NCBI GenBank assembly: GCA_964615365.1
Contig: CAZTOU010000006.1
Location: 51,587 to 115,586 of the forward strand
DNA length: 64,000 bases
DNA from: an uncultured Spirochaetales bacterium
Lineage (GTDB): Bacteria > Myxococcota_A > UBA9160 > UBA6930
Direction of reading: 5' to 3'
Shown: positions 30,602 to 40,227 of the stretch, piece after piece
How the letters are laid out: each line of letters begins with the position of its first letter
Position numbering within the stretch: the first letter of the stretch is position 1
Translations under genes and position numbers: made by a program
Notes under the pieces: generated by a model
What the model saw: only the letters and a program-made list of their open reading frames with translations
The model's database searches: none
What the model was told of the DNA's origin: nothing

Positions 30602-31746
30602 GGCAGGCGACCGTTCCCGCTCTCTCGCGGCTCGCTCGGGGCTCGCTCCCGAAGCATCTCGTCCGCGGCGATGGAGCAGCCGCGGGCCTCGGCGCCGGGC
30701 TCTCGTCCGAGTACCTGGAAGCCGTCTTCCACCGCCCGGCCGAGATCTGCGCTCCGGACCGCGAGAACGCTTCCCGTGTTGGCCAGGTCGAGAATCGTCA
30801 CCACGCCGATCTCGCCGTAGGGCGGCTCCTTCCCGGTCTCCGGGTCGATGATCCGCACCCGGGTCCAGGGCGGTCCCAGCTTGCGCCGCGGCGTCCCCGG
30901 GAAGCGCAGCACCGAGTCGTAGAACTGGCTGCCGAGCTCGGTCATGCCGTACTGATTGACGACGCGGTCGGGGGGCAGACCGAGGGCGGACTCGATGCGC
31001 TGGTAGAGCTCGTCCCGCCGCAGCTCCCGGGAGCGCCCCTTGGACCCTCCCGTCTCCATCGCTCTCGAGCCTTCCGGGAGCGCGATCCGGCGCCCCTCGC
31101 TCTCCATCCCCTCGAGGAGGTGAACCAGGGCAAGGGCCGTCCCGCAGACCAGCACCGCGACCCCGCCTGCCGCTGCCCGCTCGAGACCTTCGAGCAGGCG
31201 CCCGGCCTGGAGCTGGTCTCCACCCACCAGAAAGCCGCTCTCCCGATCACCGCGTCGCTCGAGAACCACACCGAACATGTGGGAGAGCGACGAGTCGGGC
31301 GCCTCCTGTGGCGAAGGGGCGAGGATCGCGATCCGCATGCGCTCCCCTTCCCCGACGTCGGGCAGCAGGTGGCGCTCGAAGCTGGGGAGCAGGGAGGCTT
31401 TGTAGAGCTCCAAGGTGTCGAGGTGGAGTTCTCCCCGCCTTCGCATCGACGTGCCGCTGGTGCGAAACACGTGGCACTCGCGCTCGGCGGGAAAGGAGCG
31501 CAGCGCCATCTCCTTGAAGGCGCCGGTCGGGACCGCCGGGACCTCTCGCCAGGAGGCGACATTAATCGGTGTTGCTCCCCGCGCCCGGCAGAATCGCGCG
31601 AAGGGAGGACAGCGGGCGAACTGGTGGGAGAAGAGCTCGAGAGCGAGCTCCTCGAAACGAGCCTCGTCGTCGCGGGCCTCCGTCTCGCCCATCCAGGCGA
31701 GGATGCGCGCGTCGAGCTCCGCACGCGCCGGGTCCGCACCGCTCAT
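30598..31746 (-). CDS. LuxE-family acyl-protein synthetase (adenylate-forming)
   Basis: The ATG at 31746 overlaps the aminotransferase stop (ATGA). WREVPAVPTGAFKEMALRSF...HVFRTSGTS, then METGGSKGRSRE and NQYGMTELGSQFY, match the ANL/LuxE-like pattern. Confidence 0.75.
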   Translation of the reverse strand: MSGADPARAELDARILAWMGETEARDDEARFEELALELFSHQFARCPPFARFCRARGATPINVASWREVPAVPTGAFKEMALRSFPAERECHVFRTSGTSMRRRGELHLDTLELYKASLLPSFERHLLPDVGEGERMRIAILAPSPQEAPDSSLSHMFGVVLERRGDRESGFLVGGDQLQAGRLLEGLERAAAGGVAVLVCGTALALVHLLEGMESEGRRIALPEGSRAMETGGSKGRSRELRRDELYQRIESALGLPPDRVVNQYGMTELGSQFYDSVLRFPGTPRRKLGPPWTRVRIIDPETGKEPPYGEIGVVTILDLANTGSVLAVRSADLGRAVEDGFQVLGREPGAEARGCSIAADEMLRERAPSEPRESGNGRLP

Positions 31747-33020
31747 CGGATGCACTCCACCAGGGTCGCGAGCGCGGCGAGCAGCGCATCGCTCTCGATG
31801 CAGAGCGGCGGCGTGATGGAGAGGACGCGGGCGTCGTCTCCTGAAGGGAGCAGGATGATTCCGCGCGAGAGCGCCGCCGAGCAGGCGTGAGCGGCCGTCT
31901 CGGGTCGATCGCATTCGATGCCGATCATCAGACCGAGTCCCCGGACGTCCACGACGCGGGCCTCGTCGCAGAGCGCGTCTCGCAGGAATCGGAGCGCGGC
32001 GATCCCGCTCTCCGCGGCGCTCTCCACCAGCTTCTCTTCCTCGAGGACCGCGAGGGAGGCGAGGGCCGCGGCGCAGCCCGGCGGGTGCCCCAGAAAGGTC
32101 TGGGTGTGGATCGCTTCGCCCTCTGAAGCCGGCCAGGCATCCATCACCGCGGCCCGACCCAGGCAGGCGGAGATGGGCATGCCCGAGGCCAGACCCTTCG
32201 CGACACAGAGGAGATCGGGCACCACCTCCTCGTGGTCGCAGGCGAACCAGCGCCCGGTGCGGCCGAAGCCCGTGTAGACCTCGTCGGCGATCAGTAGCCA
32301 GCCCTCCGCGTCGCATCGACGGCGGAGACTCCGGAGGAAGCCGCGGGGTGGGATTCTCTCGCCGCCACGGCCCTGGATCGGCTCCACCAGCACCGCGCCC
32401 ACCGGCTCTCCGAGTTCCGCCGCGGCGCGCACCACGTCGTCCGCGTCGCCGAAGCGCGCGAAGACGGTGCGTCCCGGAAGGCGCTCGTCGAAAGGCTCCC
32501 TGAAGAAGGGGCGCCAGGTGGCGTCGAGAGCGCCGAGGCCGAGCCCGTGATACGCCCCCTCGAAGGCCACCACGCCGGACCGGCCGGTGCAGATCATCGC
32601 CGTCTTGAGGGCGGTCTCCACGGCATCCGCCCCCGAAGAGCCCAGCACCGCGCGGGCGGGCTCGCCGCCTGGGAAGCGCGCGACCAGGGTTTCCAGGAGC
32701 GCCACCTTCACGGAAGGGGGCTGCACGTCACCCATGGCGTGGAGGAGTCGATCGGACTGCCGCGAGAGGGCTTCGATCACTCGGGGGTGCCCGTGGCCCA
32801 CATTGGCGACGCCGAATCCCCCGCCCAGATCGACGAAGCGGTTGCCGTCGATGTCCCAGACGTTCGCTCCGGCGGCGCGCTCCCAGAAGATCGGAGCCGT
32901 CGGAGCGAGGCAGGTTACGTTCCGGCTCTCGACCTTCGCGAGACGCTGCGCGAGCTCCCTCGAGCGGGGCCCGGGGACGGCGGTCAGGAGCTCCGGAGGC
33001 GACGTCTTCCAGTGCGACAC
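31743..33020 (-). CDS. class III PLP-dependent aminotransferase (GabT/ArgD-like omega-aminotransferase)
   Basis: 425 aa. GSSGADAVETALK, AFEGAYHGLG, VEPIQGRGGERIPP, LIADEVYTGFGRTGRWFA, and CVAKGLASGMP (the Schiff-base lysine). Confidence 0.9.
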   Translation of the reverse strand: MSHWKTSPPELLTAVPGPRSRELAQRLAKVESRNVTCLAPTAPIFWERAAGANVWDIDGNRFVDLGGGFGVANVGHGHPRVIEALSRQSDRLLHAMGDVQPPSVKVALLETLVARFPGGEPARAVLGSSGADAVETALKTAMICTGRSGVVAFEGAYHGLGLGALDATWRPFFREPFDERLPGRTVFARFGDADDVVRAAAELGEPVGAVLVEPIQGRGGERIPPRGFLRSLRRRCDAEGWLLIADEVYTGFGRTGRWFACDHEEVVPDLLCVAKGLASGMPISACLGRAAVMDAWPASEGEAIHTQTFLGHPPGCAAALASLAVLEEEKLVESAAESGIAALRFLRDALCDEARVVDVRGLGLMIGIECDRPETAAHACSAALSRGIILLPSGDDARVLSITPPLCIESDALLAALATLVECIR

Positions 33021-33200
33021 GCGGGAAGTCTAGAAGCCCTCCCCGGGATGGGCGAGGAAGGTCCGGCGCCGGAGGACTCGGGACGAGCCGCGGCGCGCCT
33101 CTACGCCGTATGCCAGAATGGCGCGAATGGCCCCGATCGCCCTCGTCGGCTCCCGCTCGCGAGCGGCGTGGCTCTCCGCGCCGGTAGCGGATCCCCGGGG

Positions 33201-33698
33201 ATGAGCCGCGCCTTCGTCTCGCTCGGCTCGAACCTGGGCGACCGGGAGCTCCACCTGCGGCGCGCGCTCGAAGCGCTTCGAGCCACCCGCGGCATTCACG
33301 GGCTCGGTGTCTCGCCGATCTACGAGACCGATCCGGTCGGGCCGCCTCCCCAGGGCCCCTACCTGAACGCGGTCGCCGAGATCGAGACGGAGCTCGAGCC
33401 TCGAGCCCTCCTCCTGCGGATGCTCGAGATCGAGATCGAGGAGGGGCGGATCCGGAGCGGAGCTCGCGGTGAGGCGCGGACCCTGGATCTCGATCTCCTG
33501 CTCTTCGGCGATCGCTGCATCGACGAGGAGGAGCTGGTCGTTCCCCATCCGCGCATGCACGAGCGGTGCTTCGTGCTCGAGCCGCTCTCCGGCCTGGCGC
33601 CGCAGTGGGTTCATCCGCGTCTGGGAATCACGGTCGCGGAGCTCGCCACCCGCGTGCGCGATCCGAGGGCGGTTCGTCCCTGGCGAGAAGGGAGATGA
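33201..33698 (+). CDS. folK: 2-amino-4-hydroxy-6-hydroxymethyldihydropteridine diphosphokinase
   Basis: The ATG at 33201 within track ORF 32547..33698 gives AFVSLGSNLGDR...SPIYETDPVG...RTLDLDLLLFG...LVVPHPRMHERCFVLEPL. Confidence 0.9.
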   Translation: MSRAFVSLGSNLGDRELHLRRALEALRATRGIHGLGVSPIYETDPVGPPPQGPYLNAVAEIETELEPRALLLRMLEIEIEEGRIRSGARGEARTLDLDLLLFGDRCIDEEELVVPHPRMHERCFVLEPLSGLAPQWVHPRLGITVAELATRVRDPRAVRPWREGR

Positions 33699-34439
33699 TC
33701 AGACGGCGCTCTCGTCGTCCAGCAGCGCGGGGAGGTGGATCAGAGCGGCCCAGCTATCCGGCCCCGTGGGGGCCGCGTAGCGGCTTCCTCCGTGGGCGGA
33801 GATGATCCTTGCAGCGCTCTCGAGGCTGACGCATGCGATCGGGTCGGGGGCCCGCGCGGGGTCGAGAACGGCCTCGGCGACCGAGTCCGGAAGATCGCTG
33901 CCCTCGATGGCGATCCCCAGCCGGATCTGCGCTTCCGTCGGCTCCGCTCGGACGGAGAGAGTGAGCCTGGTCGGATTGCCGGCGTGGTCGGCGGCGTAGT
34001 GGGCGAGGGTCAGCACCAGGAGCTCCAGGTCGCCGGCGTCTCCCCGGACCAGCAGGAAGTCATCCGGTGTGTCCACTGACAGCTGGTTCTGACTCCCCAG
34101 GGTCTCGGAGAGGATCGTCCCCAGCTCGCGGACCAGGCGCACCAGGTCCACCTCGTCCGAGCCGGCCTGGCTGGGATGGCGCCGGGCCAGGAGCGCCCGT
34201 GTCAGCCTGGTGCACCGGTCGAGAGCTCCCAGGATCGTCTGACACCCCTCGACCACCAGAGCGTCTCGCTTGCGATCTTCCAGCAGGAAGCTCGCCTCTC
34301 CGACCACGGTGGCGAACACGTTGTTCAGGGTGTGGGTTGCGCCCATGGCCAGCCGGCACATCGCCTCGAGCCGTGCGACCTCCTCCGGCTGCGGAAGCCG
34401 CGATCTGGAATAGACCGGTATCTCTCGCCGTCCCACCAT
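33699..34439 (-). CDS. soluble histidine-kinase-like protein with a degenerate ATP-binding domain
   Basis: ATG at 34439; 246 aa. H-box-like AMGATHTLNNVFATVVGEASFL. The C-terminal domain is HATPase-sized but I see no clear DxGxG or GxGxG boxes. Confidence 0.6.
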   Translation of the reverse strand: MVGRREIPVYSRSRLPQPEEVARLEAMCRLAMGATHTLNNVFATVVGEASFLLEDRKRDALVVEGCQTILGALDRCTRLTRALLARRHPSQAGSDEVDLVRLVRELGTILSETLGSQNQLSVDTPDDFLLVRGDAGDLELLVLTLAHYAADHAGNPTRLTLSVRAEPTEAQIRLGIAIEGSDLPDSVAEAVLDPARAPDPIACVSLESAARIISAHGGSRYAAPTGPDSWAALIHLPALLDDESAV

Positions 34440-34691
34440 CGAGCTATCGGCGATCCGCGCCGGAAGGTGAACACACGGTCCCCTGTCGCTCGCCCGGTGC
34501 TTCGACGGAGCGATCCCGGGAGGCGGCAGACCGGGGCGCGCGACGGGCCACAAGCGACCCGCAACTCGGCGGCGACGAAACGGCAAGCCCCCGGCAATCC
34601 AAGGGATTCTCGCCCCCCGTTGGGTTTTTGCATCAAGGGGGCCACGCGGACGGCCGATGCGAGGAGGGGACGGTGTGGCACGGAGGTCCGA

Positions 34692-35081
34692 ATGCGATCC
34701 GCGACCGGAGCAGCGAAGACCATCGCCGGACTGCTGGCGGTGACGGGGATGCTGGCTCTCTCTTCCCCCGGTGTCCGCGTGGCACGGGCCGGGGACGGCG
34801 ATACGGCTGCTCCCGAGGTCTCCTCGGAGGCCGTCCCGGCCGGTGAGGGGACCGGAGTCTGCAAGGTCGGCGAAGAGCCCAGGCCCCGCACCAGCCCCGG
34901 CCTCGATCGCGCCCAGATCGCCGAGCGGATCCGATTGGAGATGCAGAGCAGCGGCGAGAAGCCCATCGTGCTGAACGGCCGCGGCTACAACTACCGGGCC
35001 GTGCAGGACCCGCTTCGCGAGCTCCAGGTGGTCGAAGCCGAGGCCACTCGGCAGCAGGAGGCGGCTCCGGCGGGACGCTGA
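34692..35081 (+). CDS. small secreted hypothetical protein
   Basis: The ATG at 34692 is preceded by GGAGG (34683-34687). Signal peptide MRSATGAAKTIAGLLAVTGMLALSSPGVRVARA. 129 aa, G/C-rich third positions, lies directly upstream of the kinase pair. Confidence 0.55.
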   Translation: MRSATGAAKTIAGLLAVTGMLALSSPGVRVARAGDGDTAAPEVSSEAVPAGEGTGVCKVGEEPRPRTSPGLDRAQIAERIRLEMQSSGEKPIVLNGRGYNYRAVQDPLRELQVVEAEATRQQEAAPAGR

Positions 35082-35143
35082 CACCGTTTCTTTGACACTC
35101 CGGCCACCCCCAGACTAAGATTCCCGCGGGTGCCTGGAGTGCG

Positions 35144-37678
35144 ATGAACCCGAGAGCGACGCTTCGCTTTCAACGGGCGACGGCTGCTCTGGCCATCGCG
35201 TGGGCGCTGCTTGCCCTGGGGGTGGCAATCCACGGCCAGGTCCTTGCCTCGCGCTCCCCCTCCACGCCCTTCACCTCGTCTGGCGCCATCGGACGGGTGG
35301 TGGTCCACGCGCTCACGCCCGCCGCCCGGGCGGCGGGATTCGAGGCCGGGGATCGCCTCGTCGAGGTCGACGGCCAGCCGATCGGCTGGTGGCTCCGCAG
35401 CGCGCAGCGTCTCGTCTACGGGGCGGCGAACACCTACACGGTGCAGAAGCGCGACGGCCGCCGGATCAGCGCGGCCCTGGAGCCCGTCCCCCCGAACCTC
35501 CAGATGTTCCTTCCGCAGCGGGTCCTGGATCTCGCCGTCTCCCTGGTGGCGGTGATCTACCTGGCGATCGGTGTGGGCGTGTGGCGCCTCAAACGAGATC
35601 GACCCGAGTCCTGGGCCCTGCTGCTCTTCTGCGGCGTCGTCGCCGCGCAGCTCTTCCTGGCGGGTCCGAACACGGCGGCTGCATACACCCTGAACCTGAT
35701 CACGGTTCCCTTCATCGGTTCGACGACCTTCCACCTCTTCACCAGCTACCCCAACGAGCCCCGGTGGATCGTGCGGCATCCCCAGATCCGGTTGGTCCCC
35801 CACGGGCTCGCCATCCTGGTGGCCGGCTTCGGTAGCCTCGAGCCCTACCTCGACCTTCCCGCCGGGATCTGGGGGCAGATCGGGGTCTTCTTCGCGATCG
35901 CGGTCTCGCTGCTCTGCATCGGAATCCTCCTCTACGAGCGATGGAATCGTCGCCTCGATGGCGCGGTGGATCGCTCGGACGTGTTGGTGCTCGGCGGCGC
36001 GCTCAGCTTCCTCCCCGTCATCGCCGTGCTGATGGTGCACTACTTCTTCGGCACACCCTTTCCCTGGCACGCGGCGCTTCTCGGCTTCTTCATGTTCCCG
36101 GCCGCGGTCGGGTACGGGATCGTCCGCCAACAGCTCTTCGAGATCCGGATGGTCGCCAAGAGCTCGGCTGCCTACGGCGCAGCGACGCTCGCCATCACCG
36201 GCCTCTTCGCCTTCCTCATCACCTTCACCGATGCGCTGGTGGGGCGCTTCAACGTCGATGCTCGTTCGCCGATCGTCTCGGTGGGATTCCTCTTCTTCGC
36301 GATCCTCCTCTTCAACCCGCTCCGCGTCAGGATGCAGCGCCTGGTCGACGGCTTCTTCGATCGCGATCGCGTGGCCCACAGCGTGGCGATTCGCGAGATC
36401 TCCGAGGCGATGGTTTCCATGCTTTCGGTGAAGGAGATCGTCGATCGCATTCTCGTGGCCGTGACCGACACCATGGGAGTCGAGGGTGCGATGGTCCTGC
36501 TCATGGACGACAAGGACGAGGTCCTGCGGCTGGAAGCGTCTCGCGGCGTCTGGGACGAGGAGGCCACCGGCGCGACCTTCCGCTCCGACCATCCACTGTG
36601 TCGACAGCTCTGGATGCGGCGCACCTCGCTCTCCCGCCGCGATTTCGACGAGGAAGGGGATCCCGAGATCCGCGAGACCTGCCGCGACGTCTACGACACT
36701 CTCGACGCGGAGGTGCTGGTTCCGATTCTCTTCGGCGTCGATCTGCTCGGTGTGATCGCGGTGGGGCGGAAGCTCTCCGGGGAGCGCCTCGGTGTCGATG
36801 AGCGCGAGCTGCTGCGCACCCTCGCGAACGGGTGTTCCATCGCGATCGAGAACGCGAGGGCATTCGACGAGATCGCCAAGCTCAATGAGACCCTCGAAGG
36901 CCGGGTCGAGAATCGCACCCGCGAGCTCCGCGACACCCAGGCCCAGCTCGTCCAGAGCGAGAAGATGCGCTCGCTCGGTCAGCTCGTCGCCGGCGTGGCC
37001 CACGAGCTCAACAACCCGATCGGATTCGTCCACGCCAATCTCCAGCTCCTGGACGAGTACGTGGGGAAGCTGATACGGCGCGAGATGGATCCCGAGGAGC
37101 GGGCGCGGATCCGCGAGGCGATCCGGAAGCTCCTCAGCAGAAGCCGGGAGGGGACGGAGCGGGTCAAGCAGATCGTCGAGGATCTGCGGACCTTCTCCCG
37201 CGCCGATCAGGCCGAGCTCCAGGAGGTCTGCATCAACGACGAGCTCGAGCGAACCCTGACGCTGATCGAGCCGAGGCTCCGGGACGGAATCCGGGTGGTG
37301 CGAGAGTACGGCCAGGTGCCCCTGATCCGCTGCATGGCGGGACAGATGAATCAGGTCTTCATGAATGTGCTGATGAATGCCTGCGATGCCCTGGAGGAGA
37401 AGGGCCGGGTCGTGATCCGGACGCACCCCATCGAGGATGGCGTGCGGGTCGAGATCGAGGACGATGGCCCCGGAATGTCGCCTGAGGTGAAGAGCCGCAT
37501 TTTCGACCCCTTCTTCACCACGAAGGACGTCGGCAAGGGCACGGGGCTCGGCCTCTCCATCTCCCACGGCATCGTCGACCGTCACGGCGGCAGCATGTGG
37601 GCGAGGTCCGAGCCGGAACGGGGGACGACCTTCGTGATCGACCTTCCGCTGGAGGCCCGGGTGGAGGAGACACCGTGA
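35144..37678 (+). CDS. sensor histidine kinase: TM - PDZ-like - polytopic membrane region - GAF - HisKA - HATPase
   Basis: 844 aa. PDZ-like GFEAGDRLVEVDGQPIG; about 8 TM helices; GAF-like LVAVTDTMGVEGAMVLLMD; H-box GQLVAGVAHELNNPIGF; N box NVLMNACDA; G boxes EDDGPGM and GKGTGLGLSISHGIV. Confidence 0.9.
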   Translation: MNPRATLRFQRATAALAIAWALLALGVAIHGQVLASRSPSTPFTSSGAIGRVVVHALTPAARAAGFEAGDRLVEVDGQPIGWWLRSAQRLVYGAANTYTVQKRDGRRISAALEPVPPNLQMFLPQRVLDLAVSLVAVIYLAIGVGVWRLKRDRPESWALLLFCGVVAAQLFLAGPNTAAAYTLNLITVPFIGSTTFHLFTSYPNEPRWIVRHPQIRLVPHGLAILVAGFGSLEPYLDLPAGIWGQIGVFFAIAVSLLCIGILLYERWNRRLDGAVDRSDVLVLGGALSFLPVIAVLMVHYFFGTPFPWHAALLGFFMFPAAVGYGIVRQQLFEIRMVAKSSAAYGAATLAITGLFAFLITFTDALVGRFNVDARSPIVSVGFLFFAILLFNPLRVRMQRLVDGFFDRDRVAHSVAIREISEAMVSMLSVKEIVDRILVAVTDTMGVEGAMVLLMDDKDEVLRLEASRGVWDEEATGATFRSDHPLCRQLWMRRTSLSRRDFDEEGDPEIRETCRDVYDTLDAEVLVPILFGVDLLGVIAVGRKLSGERLGVDERELLRTLANGCSIAIENARAFDEIAKLNETLEGRVENRTRELRDTQAQLVQSEKMRSLGQLVAGVAHELNNPIGFVHANLQLLDEYVGKLIRREMDPEERARIREAIRKLLSRSREGTERVKQIVEDLRTFSRADQAELQEVCINDELERTLTLIEPRLRDGIRVVREYGQVPLIRCMAGQMNQVFMNVLMNACDALEEKGRVVIRTHPIEDGVRVEIEDDGPGMSPEVKSRIFDPFFTTKDVGKGTGLGLSISHGIVDRHGGSMWARSEPERGTTFVIDLPLEARVEETP

Positions 37679-40227
37679 GCCCGGAAGCCACGCTGCGGAT
37701 CCGGCGGGCCACCGCGCTGCTGGTGGTGCTCTGGGCCGTGTCGGCTCTGGTGCTCGCGATCCACGGGCAGCTCTCCTCGCGCCGGATCGTCGCCGCGCCC
37801 CTACAGACCTCGGCAATCAGCGGTGTCGCGCTGGTCAGCTGGTGCAGCGACGCGGCGGCACAGGCGGGCGTGAAGCTCGGCGATCGGGTCATCGAGGTGG
37901 AGGGGATCCCGGTCCGCCAGTGGTACCGCGATCAGGGCTGGGACGAGCTGCGGGCCGGGGTCCCGATCCGTTATCTGATCGAGACCAGAGAGGGCGAGCG
38001 CTTCGAGGTCGAGCTCGTCGCCGTGGTCCTGGCCGTTTCGTACGAACGGATCCTGCTGCCCATCATCCTCGCCTTGATCGCGGTAGGCAGCGCCTACCTG
38101 GCGCTGGGACTCTTCGTCTGGAAGCTCAAGCCGGATCGGGCGGAGTCGTGGGCCTTTCTGCTCTTCAGCGCCCTCATCGCCACCCAGCTCTACGGATCCT
38201 TTCACACCTACGACGCGATCTGGGGCTACGAGCGGATTCTGATCAACCTGCCCTTCGTCGGCGCGGCGGCCTTCCACCTGTTCACGACCTTTCCCTTCGA
38301 ACCCCCCTGGGTGCTTCGCCATCCCGGGATTCGCTTCGTGGGCTACCCGATCGCCGGCGCGATCGCCCTGCTGGCGGTGGCGGATCGGATCGTGGGGATC
38401 TCGGACACCGTGCTCCCCGCGGTCGGCTACGCGGTCGCCCTGGTGGGTGCGCTGGCTTCGGTGTCGATCCTGGTGAGGGAACGGATCCGACTGCGGGGAT
38501 CCGACGTGGCCGGGAGCGCCACGATCGTGCTGTTGGGCGCCCTGGTGAGCTTCCTGCCGGTGCTCCTGCTGCTGGCGACGCAGGTCTTCTTTCTCCGCGT
38601 CACCTTCCCGCTCTGGCTGGCCCTCTTGTGGTTCGCCGTCTTCCCGATCGCGGTGGCCTACGGCATCGTGCGAGGCCAGTTCTTCGACATCCGGGGTCTG
38701 GCGCGCTCCTCGGCCGCCTACGGCATGGCGACGCTCGCGATCACGGGGCTGTTCGCTTCGCTCATCAGCTTCGCCGACGCGGCCTTCGCGCGCTTCAACG
38801 TGAACGCCAGCTCTCCGTACTTCTCGGTCACGTTTCTCTTCTTCGCGATACTCGCCTTCAATCCCCTGCGAAACCGCCTCCAGGCGCTGGTCGACCGGCT
38901 CTTCGATCGCGATCACGCTGGATACCGCACCGCCGTTCGTGAGATCTCGGAGGCCATGGTCGCGATGCTCTCCCTCCGCGAGATCAGCGACCGTCTGCTC
39001 GTCGCGGTGACCGACACCATGGGCGTGGAACGGGCCATGGTCCTCTTGCTGGACGAGGACGAGCGCGCGCTGCGGCCCGTCGCCTGGCGCGGCGACTGGG
39101 ACGAAGAGGATCTCGACGTCCGGCTCTCGGTGGACAGTCCGGTGGGAAAACATCTGTGGATGCGACGCCAGGAGCTCGCTCGCAGCGACTTCGACGACGC
39201 CACCGACGCGGAGACGCGGGACGCGAGCCGGGACTTCTTCGACAGTCTCGACGTGAAGCACCTGGTGCCGATTCTCTTCGGCGTGGATCTGCTGGGGCTG
39301 ATCGCCGTGGGAGGAAAGCTCTCCGGCGAGCTCCTCGGCGCCGATGACCGACAGCTGCTCCGCACCCTGGCCAACCAGAGCGCGATCGCCATCGAGAACG
39401 CCCAGGCTTTCGACGAGATCGCGCAGCTGAACGAGACGCTGGAGGCGCGGGTCGAAGAGCGTACCTCCGAGCTCAAGAGCGCCCAGACGCAGCTGATGCA
39501 GAGCGAGAAGATGCGTTCGCTGGGTCAGCTGGTCGCCGGCGTAGCCCACGAGCTCAACAATCCGATCGGATTCGTCCACGCCAATCTGCAGCTTCTCGGC
39601 GGCTACATCGACCGACTGATTCAGGCCCAGGAAGCCGGAGAGGATCCCCAGAAGGAGCGGGAGGCGATCACCAAGCTGCTCTCGCGGAGCCGCGAAGGAA
39701 CCGAGCGGGTGAAGAAGATCGTTCTGGATCTGCGCACCTTCTCCCGGAAGGGCCAGGCGGAGCTCACCGAGGCGGATCTGAACGAAGAGATCGATCGCAC
39801 CCTCGCCCTGATGGAGCCGCGTTTCAAGGGCGGCATCACCATCGAGCGCGATTGGCAGGAGCTGCCACCGGTAAGGTGTCTTCCGGCGCAGTTGAATCAG
39901 GTGTTCATGAATCTGGTCATGAACTCCTGCGACGCCATGAAGGGGAAGGGGCTCATTCGCATCCGCTCGCGGCCGGCGCCGGAGGGAGTCCTGCTCGAGT
40001 TCGAGGACGACGGTCCCGGGATTCCCGAGGAGATGCGAAGCCGGATCTTCGATCCCTTCTTCACCACCAAGCCCGTGGGCCAGGGGACCGGCCTGGGTCT
40101 CTCGATCTCCCACGGAATCGTGGAGCGCCACGGGGGAAAGATGACCGTGGAGTGTCCTCCCCGGGGCGGAACGATCTTCCGCATCACCCTGCCGCTGGTG
40201 GCGCTCACTCAGGAAGACGCGGCCTGA
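37675..40227 (+). CDS. paralogous sensor histidine kinase with the same architecture as the preceding gene
   Basis: The GTG at 37675 overlaps the upstream stop (GTGA). The order of PDZ-like (GVKLGDRVIEVEGIPV), polytopic, GAF, HisKA (GVAHELNNPIGFVHANLQ) and HATPase (GQGTGLGLSISHGIV) regions is the same as in the preceding gene. Confidence 0.9.
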   Translation: MSPEATLRIRRATALLVVLWAVSALVLAIHGQLSSRRIVAAPLQTSAISGVALVSWCSDAAAQAGVKLGDRVIEVEGIPVRQWYRDQGWDELRAGVPIRYLIETREGERFEVELVAVVLAVSYERILLPIILALIAVGSAYLALGLFVWKLKPDRAESWAFLLFSALIATQLYGSFHTYDAIWGYERILINLPFVGAAAFHLFTTFPFEPPWVLRHPGIRFVGYPIAGAIALLAVADRIVGISDTVLPAVGYAVALVGALASVSILVRERIRLRGSDVAGSATIVLLGALVSFLPVLLLLATQVFFLRVTFPLWLALLWFAVFPIAVAYGIVRGQFFDIRGLARSSAAYGMATLAITGLFASLISFADAAFARFNVNASSPYFSVTFLFFAILAFNPLRNRLQALVDRLFDRDHAGYRTAVREISEAMVAMLSLREISDRLLVAVTDTMGVERAMVLLLDEDERALRPVAWRGDWDEEDLDVRLSVDSPVGKHLWMRRQELARSDFDDATDAETRDASRDFFDSLDVKHLVPILFGVDLLGLIAVGGKLSGELLGADDRQLLRTLANQSAIAIENAQAFDEIAQLNETLEARVEERTSELKSAQTQLMQSEKMRSLGQLVAGVAHELNNPIGFVHANLQLLGGYIDRLIQAQEAGEDPQKEREAITKLLSRSREGTERVKKIVLDLRTFSRKGQAELTEADLNEEIDRTLALMEPRFKGGITIERDWQELPPVRCLPAQLNQVFMNLVMNSCDAMKGKGLIRIRSRPAPEGVLLEFEDDGPGIPEEMRSRIFDPFFTTKPVGQGTGLGLSISHGIVERHGGKMTVECPPRGGTIFRITLPLVALTQEDAA

